Made by a program: the position numbers and the translations under genes
Source: Candidatus Cloacimonadales bacterium
Lineage (GTDB): Bacteria; Cloacimonadota; Cloacimonadia; Cloacimonadales; DAONDQ01
Length of the DNA: 64,000 nt
Assembly: GCA_963662275.1 (NCBI GenBank)
Contig: OY759316.1
Span: forward strand, 1,152,001 to 1,216,000
Reading direction: 5' to 3'
The notes under the pieces: model-generated
Databases searched by the model: none
Seen by the model: only the letters and a program-made list of their open reading frames with translations
What the model was told of the DNA's origin: nothing
Part shown: piece by piece, positions 19,531-28,255 of the stretch
Layout: every line of letters begins with the position of its first letter
Position numbering within the stretch: the first letter of the stretch is position 1

Positions 19531-20179
19531 TCTGCAAAATATCAGTTATGGCTATGTTCCTGGAAAGCTTATCCTGGATGAAATAAGCATGATTATCATG
19601 GAGAACGAGATCACTCTACTCACAGGAATCAATGGTTCGGGGAAAACAACTTTCTGCAGATTATTAACAGGTCTCATATCTGCTTATCAAGGAATAATCT
19701 CCTTGGAAAATAGTGATTTAAAGAACTATCAACCATATCAGATTGCTGAAAAAGTACTATATCTCAAACAGGAAGGTATTCAAAACATCGTTGCAGCTAC
19801 ACCTGGTGAAGACCTAATGATTCGACAAAGAAAATTCGTTCAGAAGGATAATACAACTTTTGAAAAAGCCAGGGAAGAGGCTCTTAAAAGTGTTGATCTT
19901 GTTCATCAAAAGAATATTCCAACCTGGGAAATGAGCGCAGGGCAGGTAAAACGGATTGGTCTTGCTACCTTATCGCTATTCACTTCATATTATTGGATAC
20001 TGGATGAGCCATATCTTGGTCTGGATACTAATTTGATAATGAAACTAAAGAAACAGCTTTCTGAGAGAAAAGAACAAGGATATGGAGCGATGATCGTTAA
20101 TCATTTGGATATTTCAGATGATTTTCAATACGATGCACACTATCATTTGAAAAATGGAAAGTTGATTAAAGTATGTTGA
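19520..20179 (+). CDS. Second ECF transporter ATPase
   Basis: GINGSGKT, MSAGQ, LDEP. Confidence 0.85.
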   Translation: MIYNLQNISYGYVPGKLILDEISMIIMENEITLLTGINGSGKTTFCRLLTGLISAYQGIISLENSDLKNYQPYQIAEKVLYLKQEGIQNIVAATPGEDLMIRQRKFVQKDNTTFEKAREEALKSVDLVHQKNIPTWEMSAGQVKRIGLATLSLFTSYYWILDEPYLGLDTNLIMKLKKQLSERKEQGYGAMIVNHLDISDDFQYDAHYHLKNGKLIKVC

Positions 20180-22098
20180 ATAACAACCTGTTTTTTCCGT
20201 TAATCTGTATTTTAACGATTTCATCACTTTATGCTGATACTATTGCAGGTAGAGATACGATAGCGAAGGATAGTTTACAAATCAGGCATTACACATTGGA
20301 TGCGCTGCGTGTTATTGGTGAGAAACCAAGTGAAACGATTGGGTCAGTCAATATTACTAATATTGATTATGCAAATCAACCCGGTCTGCAAAATGTGAAA
20401 GATGCTTTAACAAACTTACCCGGTATCAGTATGACTGTTGGTTCAAAGGATGAAAGTAATTTACGTATCCGGGGTTTTCGAAAGAACGAAGTGAAAATAT
20501 TGTTGGATGGAAGACCTCTCAATGCAGGATATTTCGGGAATGTTAATCTCCAAAACCTGCCAGTTTCAGGTATCAGTGAAATCCAGGTATTGAAAGGACC
20601 AGTTTCTTCGATGTATGGCAGTAATACTTTGGGTGGTGTTGTTAATTTAATTACCAGGGATCCTTCAACAAGAAAATGGTTCAAATTGGGCATGAGCGTT
20701 AAAAGGAATAATACAAATCATTTCGAGTTATCTACTTCTCATCGATTCGAAAATTGGAACTATTGGTTGTTTGCTTCTCTTGAGCACAGCGATGGCTTTC
20801 TTCTTCCAAAAGACTTTCAAGCAACTAATTCAGAGAATGGTGGTGTTCGTGATAATGCCAGCAAAACCCAAGAGCTTGTGGAAGTTAAAAGCACATGCAA
20901 TATCACTGATTTTCACATGATCACTTTTACCGCAGGGGTTGCCAGTATTCCTACAAAGTATTTGCCATCATCCATTTATGAAACTAAATATCGACTTTAT
21001 AAAGACTATCAACGCCTGGAAGGCACAATTCGCAGCAATCTTCAGCTTTCACCTGGTTGGAAGCTGGATTCCATGCTCTATTTGGATGGTGGAAAGGACA
21101 CATATCAAGAGTTTAATGACCCCAATTTCCATCATATGGCAATGGATTCTGATATGAAGAATTTCACTATTGGATTTACACACCGCGCTAATTTGCAGAT
21201 GCAGGATGGAAGCGAGTTGAGCATTGGATATCGGGGTGAAAGGCAATTCAGCAATCGGAAGGATAATGGAAACTACCCAACCTGGACAGATCATTCCACA
21301 ATGCTGCATAATCTCTTTTCCCAGGTGGAATGGAAAGTATCCCAGCCATTGACTGTTACTGGCAGTGCTGGGGCTTCCTATTTCTCAAAAGATGTTGAAA
21401 AAAGTAATGCCCTGTTATTCGAACCTTCCCTGGGGGTTTACTATGAGTTTCCAAATCACGCTTCATTATCTTTGGCTGCAGGTAGAAATACGGCTTTTGG
21501 AACGATGAGACAGTTATTTAGTGTAGAGAATGGCAACATCAATTTACGTCCCCAGGTTAGCATGAAATATGAAATTACTGGTAAAAAGCCATTCCTGCTG
21601 AATACTGCAAATGGACTTCTAAGCTTGAGTCTTTATTTGAATGATGTGAAAGACTTAATCGATATTCATGGAAATACCTATCAAAATATCTATAAAGTGC
21701 GTTCTTACGGTGGTGAATCGGATTTGGAAATAGCACCCTATTCCTGGTGGAATATGACTTATTCATATTGCTATCTCGATTATGCCGATTTAAGCAGCTA
21801 TCGTTTGACTGAAAGCCCCAGAAATACGGTTGGATTGAACTGGACTTTTCTTTTACCCGTAAGAACGAAAGTCACTGTTTCTTCAAATTGGGAAGATATG
21901 CGTTTCAGTGAAGATTCAAATTTCCAATATCATCATTTGGACTCATACTGGGTACATAATCTCGCGTTGAAAAAGGAATGGCGTGATTTTTCAATAACCT
22001 TTGGCTTAGAGAACTTCACAGATACTAATTACCAGGAAGAATACGGCTTCCCTGCACAGGGAATCAACTTCTGCTTTGGTTTAGAGAAGGAATTCTGA
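20173..22098 (+). CDS. TonB-dependent receptor
   Basis: Plug motifs IRGF..ILLDGRP, VLKGPVSSMYGSNTLGGVVNLIT; ENFTD..Y and terminal F. Confidence 0.92.
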   Translation: MLNNNLFFPLICILTISSLYADTIAGRDTIAKDSLQIRHYTLDALRVIGEKPSETIGSVNITNIDYANQPGLQNVKDALTNLPGISMTVGSKDESNLRIRGFRKNEVKILLDGRPLNAGYFGNVNLQNLPVSGISEIQVLKGPVSSMYGSNTLGGVVNLITRDPSTRKWFKLGMSVKRNNTNHFELSTSHRFENWNYWLFASLEHSDGFLLPKDFQATNSENGGVRDNASKTQELVEVKSTCNITDFHMITFTAGVASIPTKYLPSSIYETKYRLYKDYQRLEGTIRSNLQLSPGWKLDSMLYLDGGKDTYQEFNDPNFHHMAMDSDMKNFTIGFTHRANLQMQDGSELSIGYRGERQFSNRKDNGNYPTWTDHSTMLHNLFSQVEWKVSQPLTVTGSAGASYFSKDVEKSNALLFEPSLGVYYEFPNHASLSLAAGRNTAFGTMRQLFSVENGNINLRPQVSMKYEITGKKPFLLNTANGLLSLSLYLNDVKDLIDIHGNTYQNIYKVRSYGGESDLEIAPYSWWNMTYSYCYLDYADLSSYRLTESPRNTVGLNWTFLLPVRTKVTVSSNWEDMRFSEDSNFQYHHLDSYWVHNLALKKEWRDFSITFGLENFTDTNYQEEYGFPAQGINFCFGLEKEF

Positions 22099-22859
22099 TG
22101 CAGGAAGAAAAGGACAACCGGCTAAACCCGGAGCTACGACTAAATACCAGGACGAAAATACTGATGGTTGTCACCCTCTCTTTTCTTGCCCTACTATACA
22201 GCCAGGTTTGGATACTTGCCATATTGACCTGTATTTCCTTACTCCTTTACATCATTGGAAAAAGGCGATCTTCTTCTAATCATTCTAAAAGCAATTTCAA
22301 ATCTCTATTGATATTAATATTCAGTCTTATGTTCATTCAAATCCTATTCCGACCTGCAGGCACGTTATTATGGCATTGGGGAGTTGTTCGCATTTCAATG
22401 GAAGGAATCAACTATGGCGTTGCTGCTTCTTTCAGAATACTGATCATCTTCCTTTCTGCTGGATACTTGCTGAGTATTTCCTATTATGAATATCTAATGG
22501 CGTTCCGATCCTGGAGACTCCCGTATGAACTATCTTTCCTCATGGCTTCCGTGCTGCAATTCCTGCCTATTCTAAGAAGGGAATTTCAATTAGTGGGAGA
22601 AGCACTCACTTTACGCGGTATAGAATTGGGGAGATTACCTTTATTGAAGAGATTAAATGCCTACCAGGAGCTTGTTTTCCCAATACTGGCTAGAGCAGTT
22701 TCTTCACTAAAGTTTCGTGTAATCTCTCTCGAAATGAGAGGTTTCCGACTTTCTAATAAACGTACTGCATTGCATGAAGATCATTTGAAGATTATTGATT
22801 ACATGGTGCAGGGCGGTCTTGTATTTATCATCACAGTCTGTTTTTACCTGAAGATTTGA
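22098..22859 (+). CDS. ECF transporter transmembrane T component (EcfT/CbiQ-like)
   Basis: LNTRTK start, QFLPIL, LRG and LEMRGF motifs. Confidence 0.88.
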   Translation: MQEEKDNRLNPELRLNTRTKILMVVTLSFLALLYSQVWILAILTCISLLLYIIGKRRSSSNHSKSNFKSLLILIFSLMFIQILFRPAGTLLWHWGVVRISMEGINYGVAASFRILIIFLSAGYLLSISYYEYLMAFRSWRLPYELSFLMASVLQFLPILRREFQLVGEALTLRGIELGRLPLLKRLNAYQELVFPILARAVSSLKFRVISLEMRGFRLSNKRTALHEDHLKIIDYMVQGGLVFIITVCFYLKI

Positions 22860-22882
22860 TGATAATACTTAACTAAGTTTCT

Positions 22883-23022
22883 GGAGTTCACATGATAGCT
22901 AAAATTTTGAGTTCAATTGCCCAAGCAAAACTATCAATTACCACCTGGCTAGAAGGGAAAATGGACTTCAAACCGACCTTTCATCCCCGGTAGCAAAAAC
23001 TGCTTTCTGGGAAGTTCAAACC
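22883..23022 (+). repeat. Dispersed ~130-140 bp structured repeat, copy 1 (diverged)
   Basis: Aligns by eye with 24592-24735 (minus) and 27977-28106 (plus). Confidence 0.75.
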
Positions 23023-23049
23023 GGTAGTATGTCTGAAACATTTCTGATT

Positions 23050-23255
23050 CCCATCGGGAAGAAAGATACTAACACTGGATTTTAATCCGGTGATATGTAT
23101 GTGAAGAGTGACATAAATCCCATCGGGATGACAGATTGTAACTTACACCAGGCTTTATACCCATTATCTGTTCTTCATACTGGACTGATATAGGTAGGTG
23201 ATTCAGGTCGCCGGATTAAAATCCGAGTGTTAATATCTATCTTCCGTACCGGACT
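23050..23255. repeat. Two inverted REP/REPIN-like elements (ggattttaatcc family)
   Basis: cccatcggga units and ccggattaaaatccg; matches 5329-5415. Confidence 0.7.
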
Positions 23256-23559
23256 TGGCTTTGTAGCTTACATTGCCAATGTGTTGTGTCCAATTCCGCT
23301 GAGAATATCCAAAAGCGTGAAAATAAATGAAAACTTAGTACCATCCTAACAAAATCTAAGAAAGTCTAGATAATGCCTAGATGATTCCTAGATTATCCCT
23401 AGATGAAACATACATAATTTTATAGCTGGCTTCTTTGTTAACTATTAACTATCAGTTGCAACTTGGGAAGGGGGGAAGGGGGGTCTTAAGGCGTGTGAGA
23501 ACAATTCTTATTGCCTTCCTAAAACCGCACCCAAATAAGTATGTTACTAGAACACAAAA

Positions 23560-23662
23560 AGCTAGTACTCTGAAGCTAACCAAAATCTTAAATACTTTAG
23601 GAGCTGGTTAGGAGCTGACTAGGATCTGGTTAGTATCTGGTTACTATCTCATTTGAATGCCA
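23560..23662. repeat. 11-bp periodic element (taggagctggt), copy 1
   Basis: Second copy at ~56296-56395 sharing aaatactttaggagctggttag...tatctcattt. Confidence 0.75.
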
Positions 23663-23755
23663 TATGAGTGACTAAAAGGTTACTTCTTTTCGTACTATTA
23701 CAACGCACGGGGTGCGTTGTGCCACCTCACGGGGTGAGGCGTTCCTCTGTAATTT

Positions 23756-24472
23756 CTAATTTCCTATCAGTCTTCTCACATATCTTTGTCCATATTCATA
23801 TGCATCGGGGGTATCAATATCCAGCCATTGTAATGGATTTAGTATTTTCACAGCTTGCATTCGCTGATTTTGAATCAATACCTGGATAGCACCGCTGATT
23901 GATTCACTTCCTCTGGTTAGAGCTGATTCAACCGCTGTAAAGAAATCTTCTTCCAAGCGGAAAACTCCACAGTCTATGCCGTTGTAAACAGCAATTTCCT
24001 TACCGATATGAATGATTTTATTACCTTCACAGAAAACTTTAGTGGCATCGTCTATATCGTGAATGCTGTCACACCAGGGATCCACCAGGAGCAGGTTGAT
24101 CTTACCAGGGGCATTCACAATACTCTTCAGGGCATCAACAGCTACAATATGATCGGACATGGAAAGAATGAAACTTTCATCCTGTACGTAATCCCTTGCT
24201 TTATACACAGACAAGCCGTTACCGCGTTCCCATTCCAGGTTTTCGATGAATGTTATCGGTACTCCAAGATCAGTTTTTTCAATGTAGTCTCGGATATATC
24301 TCTGATTAAATCCCACTACAATCCCGAATTCAGTAACACCGGATAGTTTGAGCTGATGAATAATCGTGGAAAGAATCGAACCACCCGCATAGGGGAGAAG
24401 CGTTTTTGGAACTTGGTTACTGAGGTTCCACAAACGACTTCCGAAACCGGCTGCTATAATGACTGCTTTCAT
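23756..24472 (-). CDS. Nucleotidyltransferase, inositol-1-phosphate cytidylyltransferase (IPCT)-like
   Basis: AAGFGSRL..PK, GNGLS, FILSMSDH, DATKV, IGK, DCGVF, WLDIDT match the IPCT pattern as I recall it; ino1 upstream. Confidence 0.75.
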   Translation of the reverse strand: MKAVIIAAGFGSRLWNLSNQVPKTLLPYAGGSILSTIIHQLKLSGVTEFGIVVGFNQRYIRDYIEKTDLGVPITFIENLEWERGNGLSVYKARDYVQDESFILSMSDHIVAVDALKSIVNAPGKINLLLVDPWCDSIHDIDDATKVFCEGNKIIHIGKEIAVYNGIDCGVFRLEEDFFTAVESALTRGSESISGAIQVLIQNQRMQAVKILNPLQWLDIDTPDAYEYGQRYVRRLIGN

Positions 24473-24591
24473 GATATACCTCGAATTCTGGTAATTTTCC
24501 CTCCCTTTGGATAAAGGGAGGGATTAAGGGAGAGTTTGATTCTCTGCGAGGTTGGACTTCAACCCTAATAATAGCAACGTTGCAACATTCT

Positions 24592-24735
24592 GGTTTGTAC
24601 TTCCCTGAAAACTAGTTTTCGCTACCGATGATGAAAGATCGGGTTTGAAGTCCGAATGCCCTTTTAGTCAGGTATTCAATGATAACTTGTTTAGGGCATT
24701 TGAACTCCAAACTCCATAGCTTACATCTATACTCA
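24592..24735 (-). repeat. Dispersed structured repeat, copy 2, bracketed by inverted ctccctttatccaaagggag elements
   Basis: Reverse complement closely matches 27977-28106; flanks 24497-24541 and 24741-24790 are inverted partners. Confidence 0.8.
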
Positions 24736-24780
24736 AATGAATCAAACTCTCCGACCTGAAGGTCACCTCCCTTTATCCAA

Positions 24781-25010
24781 AGGGAGGAATGGGTCTGCTG
24801 ACGCGGACCCCTACAAGCTACAAGCTTCATCCGAAGGGAGGAATGGGTCTGCTGACGCGGACCCCTACAAGCTACAAGCTTCATCCGAAGGGAGGAATGG
24901 GTCTGCTGACGCGGACCCCTACAAGCTACAAGCTTCATCCGAAGGGAGGAATGGGTCTGCTGACGCGGACCCCTACGAGTTATAAGCTTCATCCAAAGGG
25001 AGGAATGGGT
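24781..25010. repeat. 54-bp tandem repeat (four full units plus a partial) containing a REP-like hairpin
   Basis: Units start at 24781, 24835, 24889, 24943, 24997; hairpin gggtctgc-tgac-gcggaccc followed by CTAC. Confidence 0.95.
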
Positions 25011-25081
25011 TTCATCGGTGTATCTCGAAATAATTTCTCAACCGTCTAAAGGCGGAGCTACAAATCATCCGTGAACCGTCT

Positions 25082-25474
25082 CCTATCACTAACACCTATC
25101 ACCTAACACCTATCACCTAACACCTATCACCTATCACCTAACACCTAACACCTAACCCCTAACACCTAACCCCTATCACCTAACCCCTATCACCTAACCC
25201 CTATCACCTAACACCTAACACCTAACACCTAACACCTATCACCTATCACCTAACACCTAACCCCTAACCCCTAACACCTAACCCCTATCACCTAACCCCT
25301 ATCACCTAACACCTAACACCTAACACCTAACACCTAGCACCTAGCACCTAACACCTAACACCTAACACCTAACACCTAACACCTAGCACCTAGCACCTAA
25401 CCCCTATCACCTATCACCTATCACCTAACACCTAGCACCTAACACCTAACACCTATCACCTAACACCTAACACC
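25082..25474. repeat. Long degenerate heptamer microsatellite (cctaaca/cctatca/cctagca/cctaacc)
   Basis: Roughly 55 units; supplies the last codons and stop of CDS 25460-26572. Confidence 0.95.
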
Positions 25475-26572
25475 TTCTGCAAAAAGTTCTTCCATTCTTT
25501 CTATAAAACGCTCGGATGCTTTACCATCTAATTTATAGAAGTACCTGCTTCGATATTCATTGGCTTTTTCTATCATTCCAGGAGTTGGATGCAGAGCAAT
25601 CTCGATAGCTTCAGCAATTTGTTTTCCGGATTGGATATGTGGAAAAGCCCCTTTCAGGAATTCACGATTATCAATTTCCAGTAGGGGTTGTCCATCGGAA
25701 TGCTTTAAATCATCACAGGGAAGATCATAGACAATACCGAATTTCTCAAAAGCAATAAAATCAAATACAGTGCTGGATGCTTCACTTAATATTGTATCAG
25801 CAGCGAAGTAATATGGAACGATGTTGTATTCATTGAAAGGCAGCAAGACAGCATGCATGTATTTTTTAACAAGTCTTTCGTAGATGGAGTGTTGTTTATG
25901 CGGTGCATATTTCCCCATCCAGCTATAAGGATGAAGCTTGATGATAAGGTTATAATCCTTCGTCTGCTCGAAAATATCCTTCCTGATATCATACAGGCAG
26001 GTGGGTTTATAGGTTGGAGCAAATAACACTGTCTTCTTGCCTGGATCAAGACCCCACTTATTCAGGATGGCATCACGATCGTAACGTCCCTGGAAATAGA
26101 AGTCCAGTTTTGGAAGACCAATCAATTGGACTTCACTCGTTCCCAGGTCAGGGCATTTCAGCAAAGAATCAACACGATGCTGACCTTCTACGAAGATTTG
26201 ATATCGAACTCCCTTCGACCTCGCAAGATTGCGGTAAAGGATGTTTTTGATACCTGTACCATGATTCAGGAAGATAAGGAGTGTCTTACCAAAGTCCTTG
26301 GCATTACGTATGGTATCACCGGAAATGACGATATCAAAGCCTTTTGTTTCCCTGGTGAATCGGTACCCCTGTTTCTTCCATGCTTTGATGATCTTGCTGC
26401 GATAGGGAAATTCAAAGAAAAAGTATTTTTTCTTTTCGATATCGAGAGAAAACCACACATCATACTTCGAATTATTCAATAATAATTCGATAATAGGATC
26501 AAAAGCAGCCTTGTGGTAAACGTATCCGATCTTAAAGAGAAGTTTGATTTTCTTCAAATGCTGCTTCTCCAA
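25460..26572 (-). CDS. CDP-glycerol glycerophosphotransferase (TagB/TagF-like) family protein
   Basis: FLNHG, GLPKLD, LFAPTY, IKLHP, SEASS..FDF, DGKASER. Confidence 0.85.
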   Translation of the reverse strand: MEKQHLKKIKLLFKIGYVYHKAAFDPIIELLLNNSKYDVWFSLDIEKKKYFFFEFPYRSKIIKAWKKQGYRFTRETKGFDIVISGDTIRNAKDFGKTLLIFLNHGTGIKNILYRNLARSKGVRYQIFVEGQHRVDSLLKCPDLGTSEVQLIGLPKLDFYFQGRYDRDAILNKWGLDPGKKTVLFAPTYKPTCLYDIRKDIFEQTKDYNLIIKLHPYSWMGKYAPHKQHSIYERLVKKYMHAVLLPFNEYNIVPYYFAADTILSEASSTVFDFIAFEKFGIVYDLPCDDLKHSDGQPLLEIDNREFLKGAFPHIQSGKQIAEAIEIALHPTPGMIEKANEYRSRYFYKLDGKASERFIERMEELFAEGVRC

Positions 26573-26575
26573 AAA

Positions 26576-27895
26576 CTACATGGAATCGTAATATTCCAGT
26601 CCGAGATGAGTGATTAGATCTTCCTTCATCATATAACGCAGCGTATTCTTCATCTTCGTTTGCTGGATGAAAAGATCGTTCTCTGGATGAAGATTTGGAG
26701 CAGCCATAGGACTCTTCCAATAGAAGGAAAGCCATTCCTGGACTCCGTACATATCGCAGCGACGTGCTAAGTCTGTGAAGAGAAGCAGGTCGAGCAGTAC
26801 CGGTGCTGCCAGGATGGAATCACGGCAGAGGAAGTTGATCTTAATCTGCATGGGGTAACCAAGCCAACCGAAGATATCGATGTTATCCCAGCTTTCCTTG
26901 TTGTCACCGCGTGGCGGATAATAATTGATTCTGACTTTATGATAGATATTACTGTAAAGTGCCGGGTATTGCTCAGGTTGCAGGATGTCTTCGATTACGG
27001 ATAATTTACTGACTTCCTTAGTTTTGAATGATTCTGGATCATCCAACACTTCACCATCACGATTACCAAGGATATTTGTGGAGAACCAGCCGTTCAAACC
27101 AAGCATGCGGGCTTTGAAACCCGGAGCAAGAATAGTCTTCATAAGAGTCTGACCAGTCTTGAAGTCCTTTCCGCCCACAGGACATTTGTTTTGTGCTGCT
27201 AATGCACGGAGGGCAGGAACTTCCAAGTTGAGATTCGGAGCACCATTGATGAACGGGATTCCCATTTTTAAGGCTGCATAGCAATAGATCATGGAGGGGG
27301 AGATGGCATGGTGGTTTTCCATCATTGCTTTTTCAAAAGTTTCTATTGTATCATGTATGGGGTCTGGTTTCATATAAATTTCAGTGGAAGCAACCCAAGC
27401 CATCATCACACGGTTGAGACCTTTTTCTTTTTTGAAGTTCTCGACATCAGCCATTAATTGTTTGGCAAATTCAAGCTTGTTAGGAGCTTCTTTCACATGT
27501 GTACCATGTAAGTTCTTACAATATTCAGGATTAAACACAGCTTTATGTGGTTTCAGTTTACGAAGTTCAGGTTCGATCTGATCAAGCAGTGTCTTTTCCA
27601 AAACACCGGCTTTCAAGGCAGCTTCATAAGCATCCGCTTCAAAGATATCCCAGGCTAAAAACTCAAGATCTTCAAGTTTTGCCAATGGCACAAAGTCCTT
27701 TATCATGGGGTGTCTGTCTTCTGTGCGTTTGCCCAATCGGATGGTTGCCATTTGAGTTACAGAACCGATGGGTTCAGAAATACCTTTTTTTATCGCTTCA
27801 ACACCGGCAATGAAAGTAGTTGTAACTGCACCAAGTCCAACAATTACGATACCAAGCTTGCCTTCAGCAGGTTTAATTTGATCACCACGTAACAT
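26576..27895 (-). CDS. ino1: myo-Inositol-1-phosphate synthase
   Basis: GLGAV, GKDFKTGQT, NILGNRDG, GDNKESWD, CRDSILAAP. Confidence 0.95.
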   Translation of the reverse strand: MLRGDQIKPAEGKLGIVIVGLGAVTTTFIAGVEAIKKGISEPIGSVTQMATIRLGKRTEDRHPMIKDFVPLAKLEDLEFLAWDIFEADAYEAALKAGVLEKTLLDQIEPELRKLKPHKAVFNPEYCKNLHGTHVKEAPNKLEFAKQLMADVENFKKEKGLNRVMMAWVASTEIYMKPDPIHDTIETFEKAMMENHHAISPSMIYCYAALKMGIPFINGAPNLNLEVPALRALAAQNKCPVGGKDFKTGQTLMKTILAPGFKARMLGLNGWFSTNILGNRDGEVLDDPESFKTKEVSKLSVIEDILQPEQYPALYSNIYHKVRINYYPPRGDNKESWDNIDIFGWLGYPMQIKINFLCRDSILAAPVLLDLLLFTDLARRCDMYGVQEWLSFYWKSPMAAPNLHPENDLFIQQTKMKNTLRYMMKEDLITHLGLEYYDSM

Positions 27896-27976
27896 TTGTA
27901 CTCCTTATCTAAGCTTGTATTTTGAAATATAGGTGAATGAGACCGACTCTTGAGTCAAGAAAAAAGTTTAAACTGG

Positions 27977-28106
27977 GGAGTTTACATGAAAGCTGAGGAT
28001 TTGGAGTTCAAATGCCCTAAACAAATTATCATTGAATACCGGATTAAAAGGGCATTCGGACTTCAAACCCGACCTTTCATCATCGGTAGCGTAACCTGCT
28101 GTCAGG
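27977..28106 (+). repeat. Dispersed structured repeat, copy 3
   Basis: tttggagttcaaatgccct...agggcattcggacttcaaa long stem. Confidence 0.8.
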
Positions 28107-28196
28107 TATATTCAGCGCACAGATGAATTCATTCTGTTCTCGCTCAGACGAGATACTATATGAATAAAGCGATACACTATATGAATAAAGCGTTAC

Positions 28197-28229
28197 AAAA
28201 CAGCCGGTAGGGGATACCCTGCCGGCTGT
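28197..28229 (-). terminator. Intrinsic terminator of the large secreted protein gene
   Basis: acagccggtaggg/ccctgccggctgt hairpin with a T tract on the minus strand. Confidence 0.65.
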
Positions 28230-28255
28230 ATGTTAGTATTGTTTGATTTGATTAT

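Noticed and set aside
23465..23484. G-rich tract as a G-quadruplex or element end
   Set aside because: Single occurrence with no supporting context
24781..25010. Possible CRISPR array
   Set aside because: Units are near-identical tandem copies with no unique spacers, and no cas genes are present
24612..25049. Three repetitive ORFs (24612-24992, 24737-24985, 24789-25049)
   Set aside because: Artefacts of a 54-bp repeat that is open in several frames
25082..25474. Telomere-like repeat or eukaryotic contamination
   Set aside because: Heptameric, degenerate, embedded between bacterial genes and present elsewhere in the window
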